From Clostridia bacterium (GTDB taxonomy: Bacteria; Bacillota; Clostridia; UBA1381): a stretch of DNA of 64,000 bases. Each line of letters begins with the position of its first letter. Position 1 is the first letter of the stretch. The translations under genes and the position numbers were made by a program. Where the stretch lies: the NCBI GenBank assembly GCA_045542415.1, contig JAZQKZ010000031.1, positions 1-64,000 of the forward strand, written 5' to 3'. Below, one piece after another: positions 19,117 to 27,906 of the stretch. The notes under the pieces were generated by a model that was not told the origin of the DNA, searched no databases, and was given only the letters and a program-made list of their open reading frames with translations.

Positions 19117-20235
19117 TCACTGACCGTTCCTCAGTATTGTCATAAGCTGAGACAACACATCAGAACTGCCGGTCAGGTTAATATTTCCCACATTTTCGCA
19201 GATACGCTCAATGTATTCAAGTTCCTTAAGCTTGTAAAGAGTTGCGTTTTCCTCCAACAGCTTTGCTGTGTTAAGCAACGAACGTGTCGATGCGACCTCC
19301 TCACGGCGGGATATTACATTTGCCTGTGCCTGCTTTTCGGCTATAAGCACAGTATTCATAATCTCACGAACCTCTCCCGGAAGTATTATGTCCTTTACTC
19401 CGGCATCGCTCACCTCTATGAACAAGACCTTTTCCTTTTCCCTGATACGTTCAAAAACATACGCTGACAGCTCTTCCTTGTCTGCAAGAATGTCATCCAT
19501 CTTGTGTTTTCCGATATATTCACGCAGTGCCAGCTGTGCCGCCACATGCAGCTGCTCCTTGTAATCGTCAACCTCGCTGATGCACTTCACATAATCGACT
19601 ATTCTGTAATTGCATACAAAATTTATACGAAGCGAAACCTTGTCAAGCGTCAGCATTTCCTGACCCGTAATATCCATCTGCTGAAGCCGGGTATCTATCA
19701 GGCTGTAATCAACCTTTGTGTTTGTTTTCCAGAAATAATATGTACCTGCATCAAGTATCCTTACCAGCTTGTTATCAAAGTAGAGTCTTGCTTTCTGATA
19801 CTCGCCCACCTCTATTTTAGTATAAATTCTTCCTGCCGGAAGCTGTGCAAATATATACTCAGGTACTCCGCTCACATCCGGCGTAGATATATCCACTATC
19901 TGAAACTCGTGCCTATCCGTAATTTCCCAGAAGGCATGTATTCCGCTGCCAAGTGCCGACGCAAATCTTCCGTTCACAAAATGCAGTGCCAGCTGTGTGT
20001 CATTTACTTCAACAACCGAAATCTGCTTTGAGATTTCTTCATTCTGTATCAAGGCTCTCAAGTCACACCTTTCCGAATGCAGTGGCATATCGGTCGCCGT
20101 AACCTCGATTTCACTGTCCCCGAAGGTATAATGCTTACCTGCAGCAAGCAGCTTGACAAATTTTCCGTTACGGAAAAGGAATCCTCTTTGATTTTCATTA
20201 ATCACTGTCTTTTTCATATTATAAACCCTCCTCAT
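19117..20235 (-). CDS. SPFH/band-7 (stomatin/flotillin-like) domain protein
   Basis: 372 aa. SPFH core (LTLDKVSLRINFVCNYRIVD..., coiled-coil tail). Confidence 0.65.
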   Translation of the reverse strand: MRRVYNMKKTVINENQRGFLFRNGKFVKLLAAGKHYTFGDSEIEVTATDMPLHSERCDLRALIQNEEISKQISVVEVNDTQLALHFVNGRFASALGSGIHAFWEITDRHEFQIVDISTPDVSGVPEYIFAQLPAGRIYTKIEVGEYQKARLYFDNKLVRILDAGTYYFWKTNTKVDYSLIDTRLQQMDITGQEMLTLDKVSLRINFVCNYRIVDYVKCISEVDDYKEQLHVAAQLALREYIGKHKMDDILADKEELSAYVFERIREKEKVLFIEVSDAGVKDIILPGEVREIMNTVLIAEKQAQANVISRREEVASTRSLLNTAKLLEENATLYKLKELEYIERICENVGNINLTGSSDVLSQLMTILRNGQ

Positions 20236-20727
20236 ACTCCTACTTTGTCCGTATAATCATCCATACATTAACAGCGGCCAAACACTTAAGTGTAGGAATC
20301 CGCATGCGTGAACGTGCGTCCGGCAAGCCTTGTAAAGCCATCAGGGTACCAATCACCCTGCCAACTCCAGTCCATGTGAACACCTGTCCCGACATCCCTC
20401 TCCCTTGCACGGTATCCGTATCCGGACAAGGCTGTTAATGCATTGTTTCAGCCGGTTTAGCAACGGAGTGCCCGGCAAAACAGGATAATTATTTTTCCCA
20501 TCATCCCAAACATGTACCGTTTCCGGTAAACCCTAACCATTAGGCATATGCAAAAAAAACATATGTCAGGAATCGAACCTGAGTCCGGCACCGCACATAG
20601 CACGGTTCCGTAAAGCTTATCGGCATACGTTACGGAATCTCCTCACGCACCGCAGTGAATTCATACACTCGCTTTGATAAGCTTGCAGGTATATAATAAC
20701 ACAGAAAATAATTCCAATCACGGAAAA
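20236..20727. ncRNA. Unassigned ~490-nt GC-normal intergenic segment with extensive hairpins and a tRNA-like T-arm/acceptor minihelix; candidate structured RNA or long leader
   Basis: No ORF of 60 aa or more on either strand across 760 nt. Minus-strand GGACTCAGGTTCGATTCCTGACATATGT (20553-20580) resembles a T-stem-loop GGTTCGATTCC. Several local stems (AGGGTaccaatcACCCT, TTCCGTAA...TTACGGAA). Confidence 0.25.
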
Positions 20728-20763
20728 AAAGCTGCGAACTCTTAAAATTCACAGCTTTTTTGA
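20728..20763. terminator. Bidirectional rho-independent terminator (AAAAAGCTG...CAGCTTTTTT)
   Basis: Stem GCTG/CAGC flanked by A-run and T-run; functional on both strands. Confidence 0.5.
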
Positions 20764-20995
20764 ATTTATTATCATTACACATTTACAGCATTATGACTTG
20801 CAAAAACAAAAAGAAAGCCTTATCGCAAAGAGGTCTCGGCAGCTTCGCACCTGCACATTTAAACGATTCAGCTTTCTATACTCCTATTGTACCACCTTCA
20901 GCTTTATTTGTCAAAAATATCATCTCTAAACAATAAAAACCGGCACATCTGAATTTATCAACCCAATAAGCATTTCCGTAATATTAAACAATGAA

Positions 20996-21649
20996 TCATC
21001 TTACAAGCAAACCATTTATACATCTATAAAGCCGCTTATTGAACCATTTTACTACCATTCCCGTTCCTACCGCCGCAATCAAGGTACCCTCTCTCGTACC
21101 CACCAACTGAAAATCAAAAAATATCAGCGACAATATGACCGACAGCGTTACACTGCTTATATCAAACACAATTTTAACATTTCCAAACTCCTTATGCAGT
21201 GTATCCGCAATCACCTTTACAAGTGCTTCTCCCGAATTCATTATTACATTAGCAATAAATGACAGCGATATACCAAAACCAAGTATAATAACACCGGACA
21301 GCACCATAACAAGACGCATTATATATCTGTCAACAGGTATAAAGGAGGCTATCCATAATCCAAAATCCGTAAAATAGCCAAGTGCAAACGCCAACGGTAT
21401 CTGCAAAAGCTGAATAGGTTCAAATTTCTTCCTGAGAATAAGAATCTGAGCAACCACCATCAGGCAGCTCCATATAATAAGCCATGTACCCATCGTGAAA
21501 AACGTAAATTTATAGCTTAAAACATTAGCAACCGACGAAATCGGCGACACACCCAGCTCACCTTTTTTGGTAAATGCAATTCCGAGTGCCGAGAAAAACA
21601 GACTGATTATAAATAATACATATCTCTTGGTTGTTTCTTTTCTATTCAT
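20996..21649 (-). CDS. YczE/YyaS-like polytopic membrane protein (DUF6198-like)
   Basis: 217 aa with 6 predicted TM segments, a GISxSFIANV-type motif and a basic N-terminus. Confidence 0.55.
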   Translation of the reverse strand: MNRKETTKRYVLFIISLFFSALGIAFTKKGELGVSPISSVANVLSYKFTFFTMGTWLIIWSCLMVVAQILILRKKFEPIQLLQIPLAFALGYFTDFGLWIASFIPVDRYIMRLVMVLSGVIILGFGISLSFIANVIMNSGEALVKVIADTLHKEFGNVKIVFDISSVTLSVILSLIFFDFQLVGTREGTLIAAVGTGMVVKWFNKRLYRCINGLLVR

Positions 21650-21831
21650 AATATACTTCCCTTCCGTGCTTCAATTTCTACGATATAATTATAACACGTT
21701 TTTCTCAACTATTCAACAAAATATTTTATTTTTACCTATAATTCTCTGTCTCACCCCAAGTCACTTAACCATAAACAAACGCATATTATAAAGTACAGTT
21801 ATAACTGAATAAATATATAGGAGTAAAAATA

Positions 21832-22023
21832 ATGGCTGAAAACAATAACATTTCACGCTGCTGCGGCTGTGTAGGCTATGCCTATGTTCCGATACAGGAG
21901 CTGAACGATATCTATGAGCCGTGTGACGCACTATTTATGGGAACTATCTTTCCTGAGCTGAATTTAAACATGTGTGAATACGGCAAGGTATGCAAAGGAG
22001 ATGGAGGTATTGTCAATGGATAA
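21832..22023 (+). CDS. cotJA: Spore coat-associated protein CotJA
   Basis: 63 aa with conserved CCGCVGYAYVPIQ...DALFMGTIFPELN motif. Followed by cotJB/cotJC. Confidence 0.8.
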   Translation: MAENNNISRCCGCVGYAYVPIQELNDIYEPCDALFMGTIFPELNLNMCEYGKVCKGDGGIVNG

Positions 22024-22273
22024 TCAGGCACACAGATTACGTCAGCTTCAATCAGCAAACTTTGCTGCATATGACATGCTGCTTTATCTCGACACACACT
22101 CAAATGACAAAAAGGCATTTGAAATTTTTAAATCGCTGGTTGACAAAACCAACAGACTCAGACATGAATACGAAAAAGATTTTGGTTCTTTAACGCCGTT
22201 CAACAGTGCTTACAAGAGCGAATTTGACTGGCTGAACAATCCGTGGCCATGGGATAAGGAGGCGAGCGAATAA
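22016..22273 (+). CDS. cotJB: Spore coat protein CotJB
   Basis: Start at MDNQAHRLRQLQSANFAAYDMLLYLDTH with RBS GGAGGT. Overlaps the cotJA stop by 8 nt. Confidence 0.8.
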   Translation: MDNQAHRLRQLQSANFAAYDMLLYLDTHSNDKKAFEIFKSLVDKTNRLRHEYEKDFGSLTPFNSAYKSEFDWLNNPWPWDKEASE

Positions 22274-22851
22274 TGTTTGAATACAGCAAATTTCTTGAAT
22301 TTCCGGTAAAAGTAAAAAACAAAAACCCCCGCCTCGCAAACATTATCATCACACAATATGGTGGACCCAATGGCGAGCTCGGTGCATCATTGCGATATTT
22401 GTCCCAGCGCTACACCATGCCTGACGAGGTCACAAAAGGGTTGCTGACTGATATAGGTGTTGAAGAACTTGGTCACCTTGAAATTGTGGGAACACTCGTC
22501 AAACAGCTCAGTGGTGATGCCGCTCCAAAAGAATGGTTAGAGATGGGTTCCTGGGAATACTATGCCGACAACGGTGCAAGTGTTTTTCCGCAAAATTCAC
22601 AAGGAACGCCGTTTAACGCCGCATCTATTGCAGTCACCGGCGATCCGCTGACCAATTTATATGAAAATCTTGCAGCAGAACAGAAAGCGAGAGCAGTGTA
22701 TGATAACATCCTCCGCTTATCGGACGATCCCGATGTAAACGAGGTTATAAAGTTCTTGCGACAAAGGGAAATTGTACACTTTCAGCGCTTCGGTGAAGCC
22801 TTGAACAAACTTCAGGAAAAGACCATCCGAAAAGGCTGTAAGATGAAATAA
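22273..22851 (+). CDS. cotJC: Spore coat protein CotJC (manganese catalase family)
   Basis: 192 aa. Mn-catalase-like ferritin-fold motifs (ELGASLRYLSQRY, EELGHLEIVGTLV). TAATG overlap with cotJB. Confidence 0.85.
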   Translation: MFEYSKFLEFPVKVKNKNPRLANIIITQYGGPNGELGASLRYLSQRYTMPDEVTKGLLTDIGVEELGHLEIVGTLVKQLSGDAAPKEWLEMGSWEYYADNGASVFPQNSQGTPFNAASIAVTGDPLTNLYENLAAEQKARAVYDNILRLSDDPDVNEVIKFLRQREIVHFQRFGEALNKLQEKTIRKGCKMK

Positions 22852-22935
22852 TAACCCTGCTATAAGGCACTGCTGTCCATAGACGGCAGTGCTTTTACTT
22901 GTTTTTATTATCGCATATCACGGTGTCTTGCGAAG
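22789..22935 (+). repeat. Repeat family copy A: the genuine cotJC 3' end, terminator and ~30 nt downstream
   Basis: Copy A is homologous to the segments at 33171-33531, 37676-38074 and 39286-39495. Confidence 0.8.
22867..22905 (+). terminator. Rho-independent terminator of cotJ operon
   Basis: Stem GCACTGCTGTC/GACGGCAGTGC, loop CATA, then TTTTACTTGTTTTT. Confidence 0.7.
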
Positions 22936-23147
22936 AATATTCAGATATTCCATAATTATAAAGATAAGGAACAGGACAGAAATAATTAAAATTTATACAG
23001 GTTAATATTTAAATATTGTTATTATTCAGAAAATTTGACACTGAAATTATAGAAGGGATCTGTGATATAATAGTATATAATTGTAAATAGCTGAAAGCAT
23101 TTACGCTGAAGGAGGAATTTTATATAAAAAAACAAATTGCAGTTTTT

Positions 23148-26100
23148 TTGGCAGTGGCTACAATAAGCACTGCTATACCATCGGCTTTGGCATGGACTAC
23201 CTCGCGCGAAGCACCGCCGGAGATTACAGATAAGGATTATATGTTTCCGTCATTTTCAAATGGAGAAACGCTGCTGGATAAGCAGCAGGGACGGCTCCCG
23301 GCAATGGGCTGGAACAGCTGGAATCCGTTTGGAACAGGAAATACAGAGGAGCTTACAAGGGCGCAGGCGGATAAGATTGTTGAGCTGGGATTGGATAAGC
23401 TTGGCTACCAATATGTAGTGCTTGACGTCGGATGTTACAGTGATAATCGTGACAGCGACGGCTATCTTACAAATAATCAGCAGAAATTCCAGAGCGGAAT
23501 ACAGGCAATGTCAGATTATCTTCACGACAAAGGACTTAAATTCGGAATGTATAATGATATCGGAATTTATCATTGTGCAAGCAGAATAATAGGTACTGCC
23601 GGTTATGAGGATCTTGATGCGGAAAAGTATGTGGAGTGGGGTGTTGACTATCTTAAAGTAGATAACTGTGAATATCTGTGGGATAACGCAACCGGAACCG
23701 GCGAGGCTGCGACTAAATATACATATGCACCCGCAATCCGAAGCATTACAGTTTCGGGTAACGAGCTTCAAACTACTTTAAATGCAGTGAATGACGGACT
23801 CCTTACCGGTGACGGCGCACGCAAGGATATCAGCGGTGATTTTGTAAATTATATAGGTACAAAGGACGGAATGAATATAGGTGTATCCCCTATCGGCGAT
23901 ATGTGGAGTGAGCTGGAATTTACGGTCAATGCTCCTTCGGAAGGTCAATACCAATTAACGGTCAACTATGCCTCCGGCGAGCAGACCGGTACCGGACGCT
24001 GGCTCCAGATAGCGGTCGGCGATGTTGAGAATGAAACGAGATATATGGACGAACTGCTTCCGGAGAGCGGTGGCATAGATGTATTCTGTGATAGTGCTCC
24101 GATTACAGTGACGCTTGAAGAGGGCGAAAACACCATCCGCCTGATGAATCACAGAAGACAGGAAAATACTCTTAATTCCTATGCTGCGTTATTTGAGTCT
24201 ATGAAAAAGTACGGAGGAGATGATTATGATTTTGTTCTTTCACTCTGTGAATGGGGAAAGACACAGCCTCAGAACTGGGGCTATAAAGTCGGCAATTCAT
24301 GGCGTATTCTCAACGATATAACCTTCAAGGTAGGTATAGGTGGAAGTGCTGTATGGAGTTCAAATAATACATCGAGTATTACATCGCAGTATAACAAAGC
24401 TGTTATCATGGATGAATTCTCAGGTCTTGACAAGGGCTGGAACGACCCGGATATGATGGTTATAGGCATGAACGGAATTACACCTACTATGGGTAAAACA
24501 CATATGTCAATGTGGTGTATGATGAACGCTCCGCTTATGCTCGGAATGGATTTAAGAAGCGTTGAAGCGGGCGATGATGTATATAATATCATTTCAAATG
24601 CCGATGTGATTGCACTCAATCAGGACACACTTGGCGTTCAGGCAAAGAGAATATACAGCTCAATTTTAAGCTCAGCACCTGATACTACATATGTCCAGGA
24701 CATAAACCGTGTAGATATTCTCGCAAAGCCGCTTTCAAACGGTGATGTTGCTCTTTCGTTTATTAATGTTTCCTCATCCTCAAACAGAGATACTCATACT
24801 GTAAGTGTTGATGATATTATATCGTATATAGGACACAAAATGGTTGATGCAGACAGCTTCGGGAATGCACAGGCATATGTTCTGACAGATCTCTGGAGCG
24901 GTGAAAAGAGCGTAAATACAAGTGGCAGCTTTTCAGTAAGCGAAATTGAAGGTTGTGACAGTATCACGGTAAGAGTAAGCCCGATTGGCAGCGAAGACGA
25001 CGAAAAAGACGCTCTCAAGGCAATAATAGAGGCTGCGGAGACTGAAATAGCATCAAATTCAGAAAAGCCTGTTTCGTTTGCGGACGAAATTCTGCAAGGA
25101 GCTGTTAATGAAGCGAATTCTGTACTTAACTCAGGCGGAAGCTGTCTTGATGAGGCAAAAAAGCTTCAGTCTGCAATTGAAGAATACCGCGAGGTGTACG
25201 GAATCTATTCTGCCCTCGGCACAGAAATTGATACTGTAAAAGATATGACAGGTAATTCGGGTATATACAATAAAGATTCAGCGTGGATGACATTCAACGC
25301 GGAATACGAAAAGGCGCATACAGTATATAATAATCCCGAGTCATTCGCAGACATAGAAAGTGCGATTGTCGGACTCAGAACAGCGGCAGCAAGCTTGAAC
25401 TACAATGTGGATGCAGCGTTTAATCCTATAGCATGGTATGTTTTTAACGATACATCTTCTGACACAGTAAAGGATGTTTCCGGCTACAACAGAGACGCAC
25501 AGCTTGTAAATGACGGTGCAAAAATACCGTCGATAGGTACATTGAGTCTTAACGCGAACGGTGAAAATAACGGATATGTTCAGCTGCCGGCGGGTATCCT
25601 GTCTAATGCGGAGGAGTTTACATTCAGTGCATGGGTAAATATTAAAGAGCATCAGACATGGGGACGTTTGTTTGACTTCGGCATGTCAAGCAATAACGGA
25701 TATATGTTCCTGTCTCCATATTCGGGAAGCGGTGTTTTACAGTATGCAATAACACCGACAAGCAATGGCGGCGAGCAGAGAGTCGTAGCAGATACTACCA
25801 TTGCCGTGGGCGAATGGCTCAATATCACTGCAGTACAAAGCGGAACAACGCTTACGATATATGTAAACGGTGAGCCTGCTACATCGGGTACTGTTACTAA
25901 CACACCTGCTCAATGTATAAAAGAAGCAATAAATTCCTACATAGGCAAATCACAGTGGAATGACAGATATCTTTCAGGCGAAATAAAGGATGTAAGAATA
26001 TACGATAAGGCATTAAGCGAGAATCAGCTTTACGCTATGCTTAACGGAGGCTCTACACTTTCGCTTACCGCAAAAGACAGTGCCGGCTGTACGGTTGTAA

Positions 26101-26939
26101 ATGAGACCGAGGGCAGTATGACGGCTGTACTCTATGTCGCAGAATATGATGAAAACGGTGCACTTTGCAATGTAATGAAAAGCACTGTTGAGCTTAGTAA
26201 TCCGGGAGAATGCGGAAGTACGGTTATAGATATAAGCGATATGAACACAGTGGGACATACGGTAAAGGCATTTTTATGGAATGCGGAAGACAATTCTCCG
26301 ATTACCGATGCAATGTCAGCTGTAATTAAAAAAGATCCTGTGTGGACCGTTAAAAATGCATCACCCGATAATATGACAGTAAACTCGACAACTAATCTTA
26401 CTATTATTACAGAAAGAGGAGACGTGTGGAACACAGCTGACGGTAACGGTACCATCAAGAATATGTATCTCATGCCCGTTCCTCAGGACAGCAAGGATAA
26501 TTTCACAGCCGAGGTCAAGATACACTTTAAGCCGGATGAAATCTACCAGCGTGCCGCACTTATCGCATACGCCGGAGACGGAAATAACGTATCTGTAATG
26601 CGACGCTATCATAACGGCATGGGCGGAAATGCGTTTATGACGACAATGAATTTGAACGGACGTGCGAGCGATGAGAGCGTATATACTCCGGACAGCCACG
26701 GCGAAGAGTGTCTGCTGAGGCTTGAAAAGAACGGAAGTAGCTTCAACGCCGCCTTCAGTGTGGATGACGGAGCTACATGGGAGCCGCTTGAAACACGAAT
26801 TCAGGAGGTGCTTGCCGCGTCGGACAATCTGTTTATAGGCTTATATGCTTCAAACGGAGAACAGAACGCAACTTCAGTTCCGGTAACATTTGAAAACTTT
26901 AAATTTAACGGAGAGGTTATAGAATTTGATGCAGAATAA
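23148..26939 (+). CDS. Secreted multidomain alpha-galactosidase (GH27) with inserted/appended carbohydrate-binding and LamG-like domains
   Basis: 1263 aa. GH27 catalytic motifs (LPAMGWNSWNPFG, YLKVDNC, CEWG). CBM35-like YASG block. LamG-like region (TFSAWVNIKEH...DVRIYDKALSE). Start uncertain: the track uses TTG at 23148, the RBS AAGGAGG lies at 23109 and the in-frame upstream sequence also looks signal-peptide-like. Confidence 0.8.
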   Translation: MAVATISTAIPSALAWTTSREAPPEITDKDYMFPSFSNGETLLDKQQGRLPAMGWNSWNPFGTGNTEELTRAQADKIVELGLDKLGYQYVVLDVGCYSDNRDSDGYLTNNQQKFQSGIQAMSDYLHDKGLKFGMYNDIGIYHCASRIIGTAGYEDLDAEKYVEWGVDYLKVDNCEYLWDNATGTGEAATKYTYAPAIRSITVSGNELQTTLNAVNDGLLTGDGARKDISGDFVNYIGTKDGMNIGVSPIGDMWSELEFTVNAPSEGQYQLTVNYASGEQTGTGRWLQIAVGDVENETRYMDELLPESGGIDVFCDSAPITVTLEEGENTIRLMNHRRQENTLNSYAALFESMKKYGGDDYDFVLSLCEWGKTQPQNWGYKVGNSWRILNDITFKVGIGGSAVWSSNNTSSITSQYNKAVIMDEFSGLDKGWNDPDMMVIGMNGITPTMGKTHMSMWCMMNAPLMLGMDLRSVEAGDDVYNIISNADVIALNQDTLGVQAKRIYSSILSSAPDTTYVQDINRVDILAKPLSNGDVALSFINVSSSSNRDTHTVSVDDIISYIGHKMVDADSFGNAQAYVLTDLWSGEKSVNTSGSFSVSEIEGCDSITVRVSPIGSEDDEKDALKAIIEAAETEIASNSEKPVSFADEILQGAVNEANSVLNSGGSCLDEAKKLQSAIEEYREVYGIYSALGTEIDTVKDMTGNSGIYNKDSAWMTFNAEYEKAHTVYNNPESFADIESAIVGLRTAAASLNYNVDAAFNPIAWYVFNDTSSDTVKDVSGYNRDAQLVNDGAKIPSIGTLSLNANGENNGYVQLPAGILSNAEEFTFSAWVNIKEHQTWGRLFDFGMSSNNGYMFLSPYSGSGVLQYAITPTSNGGEQRVVADTTIAVGEWLNITAVQSGTTLTIYVNGEPATSGTVTNTPAQCIKEAINSYIGKSQWNDRYLSGEIKDVRIYDKALSENQLYAMLNGGSTLSLTAKDSAGCTVVNETEGSMTAVLYVAEYDENGALCNVMKSTVELSNPGECGSTVIDISDMNTVGHTVKAFLWNAEDNSPITDAMSAVIKKDPVWTVKNASPDNMTVNSTTNLTIITERGDVWNTADGNGTIKNMYLMPVPQDSKDNFTAEVKIHFKPDEIYQRAALIAYAGDGNNVSVMRRYHNGMGGNAFMTTMNLNGRASDESVYTPDSHGEECLLRLEKNGSSFNAAFSVDDGATWEPLETRIQEVLAASDNLFIGLYASNGEQNATSVPVTFENFKFNGEVIEFDAE

Positions 26940-27876
26940 TTTAAAGAGAATTTTTTTCACGATTATAGCAACTGTACTGATTTTCAGTACAGTTGCTTTC
27001 GCCCATACTCCATTTAACGATATATCGGGGCACTGGGCACAGAAATATATTGAGCAGCTCTACGACAGAGGAATAGTAAACGGAACGCCGGACGGTGCGT
27101 TTAATCCCGAAGATAATATAACGACAGCGGAATTTATATCAATGCTGCTTCGTGATAAATACGGGTACATAGAGCCTACCGGCAACCATTGGGCATCGGG
27201 CTATATGGATTATGCATACAACAGCAATATGATAGATGCGCAGGAAAAAAACGTGCCCGACGAGCCGTTATTACGCAGATTTGCCGCGCGGATTGTCCAT
27301 GAATTGCTTTTGAATGTGTATGTGGAAAAGGACGAGGATGATATTTCAGTCGCAGAGCAGCTCCTGGATTTATATGACTGCCCATCGTGCGTTATGCATG
27401 TGTCGCAGGTGTATGTCAAGGGCATTATGGGCGGATATGACGATTCCAGGTTCCATCAGACAGATTATATGACGAGAGCACAAGCCGCTACCATTGTCAT
27501 GCGTGTTTTGGATAAGTCCATGCGTGTTGTGCCGGACATGGCAGAAAAACACACTCCGACGGTCGAAACCATAACGCTTGAGGATGCGGCGGAGCTGGTA
27601 AAATCCACCGGAGCAATCATACTTGATGTGCGGACAGCCGAAAAACATGCAAGCGGCTGTATAGAGGGCAGTATAAATATCAGTGCAGATATTATAATGA
27701 ACGATTTATCTGTATTTGATTATGATAAAGCCGTGACAGTTATAGTGCACTGTCAAAGCGGTGCAAATAGTGCTGCCGTGTGCACCAAGCTCAAAGATGC
27801 GGGATATACTAATGTCTATAATCTCGGCGGAGTGACGGATTTTGATGAAGCAAACAGGATTATACACGTTTTATAA
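26926..27876 (+). CDS. Cell-surface protein with N-terminal SLH repeats and C-terminal rhodanese domain
   Basis: Signal peptide. SLH-like repeats (FNDISGHWAQKYIEQLYDRGIVNG..., YMTRAQAATIVMRVL). Rhodanese active-site loop VIVHCQSGANSA. Start overlaps the GH27 stop. Confidence 0.7.
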   Translation: MMQNNLKRIFFTIIATVLIFSTVAFAHTPFNDISGHWAQKYIEQLYDRGIVNGTPDGAFNPEDNITTAEFISMLLRDKYGYIEPTGNHWASGYMDYAYNSNMIDAQEKNVPDEPLLRRFAARIVHELLLNVYVEKDEDDISVAEQLLDLYDCPSCVMHVSQVYVKGIMGGYDDSRFHQTDYMTRAQAATIVMRVLDKSMRVVPDMAEKHTPTVETITLEDAAELVKSTGAIILDVRTAEKHASGCIEGSINISADIIMNDLSVFDYDKAVTVIVHCQSGANSAAVCTKLKDAGYTNVYNLGGVTDFDEANRIIHVL

Positions 27877-27906
27877 AGACGATTATAAAGATCGGAGGGG
27901 TAATAA

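Noticed and set aside
19015-20031. Plus-strand ORFs 19015-19467, 19268-19564, 19504-20031
   Set aside because: They are antisense to the SPFH gene and have Cys/Leu-rich, low-information translations.
20553-20640. Possible tRNA gene on the minus strand (T-arm GGTTCGATTCC plus acceptor-like pairing, 73 nt span)
   Set aside because: No anticodon stem-loop or D-arm can be folded from the intervening 41 nt. Kept only as a tRNA-like motif within the candidate ncRNA region.
20236-20995. tmRNA (ssrA) or RNase P RNA
   Set aside because: No GGGG...acceptor 5' end, no tag-peptide reading frame ending in ALAA-stop, and no GGAAAGTCCGG P4 motif on either strand.
23511-26699. Multiple 60-110-aa minus-strand ORFs inside the GH27 gene
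   Set aside because: Antisense frames within a long, motif-supported CDS.
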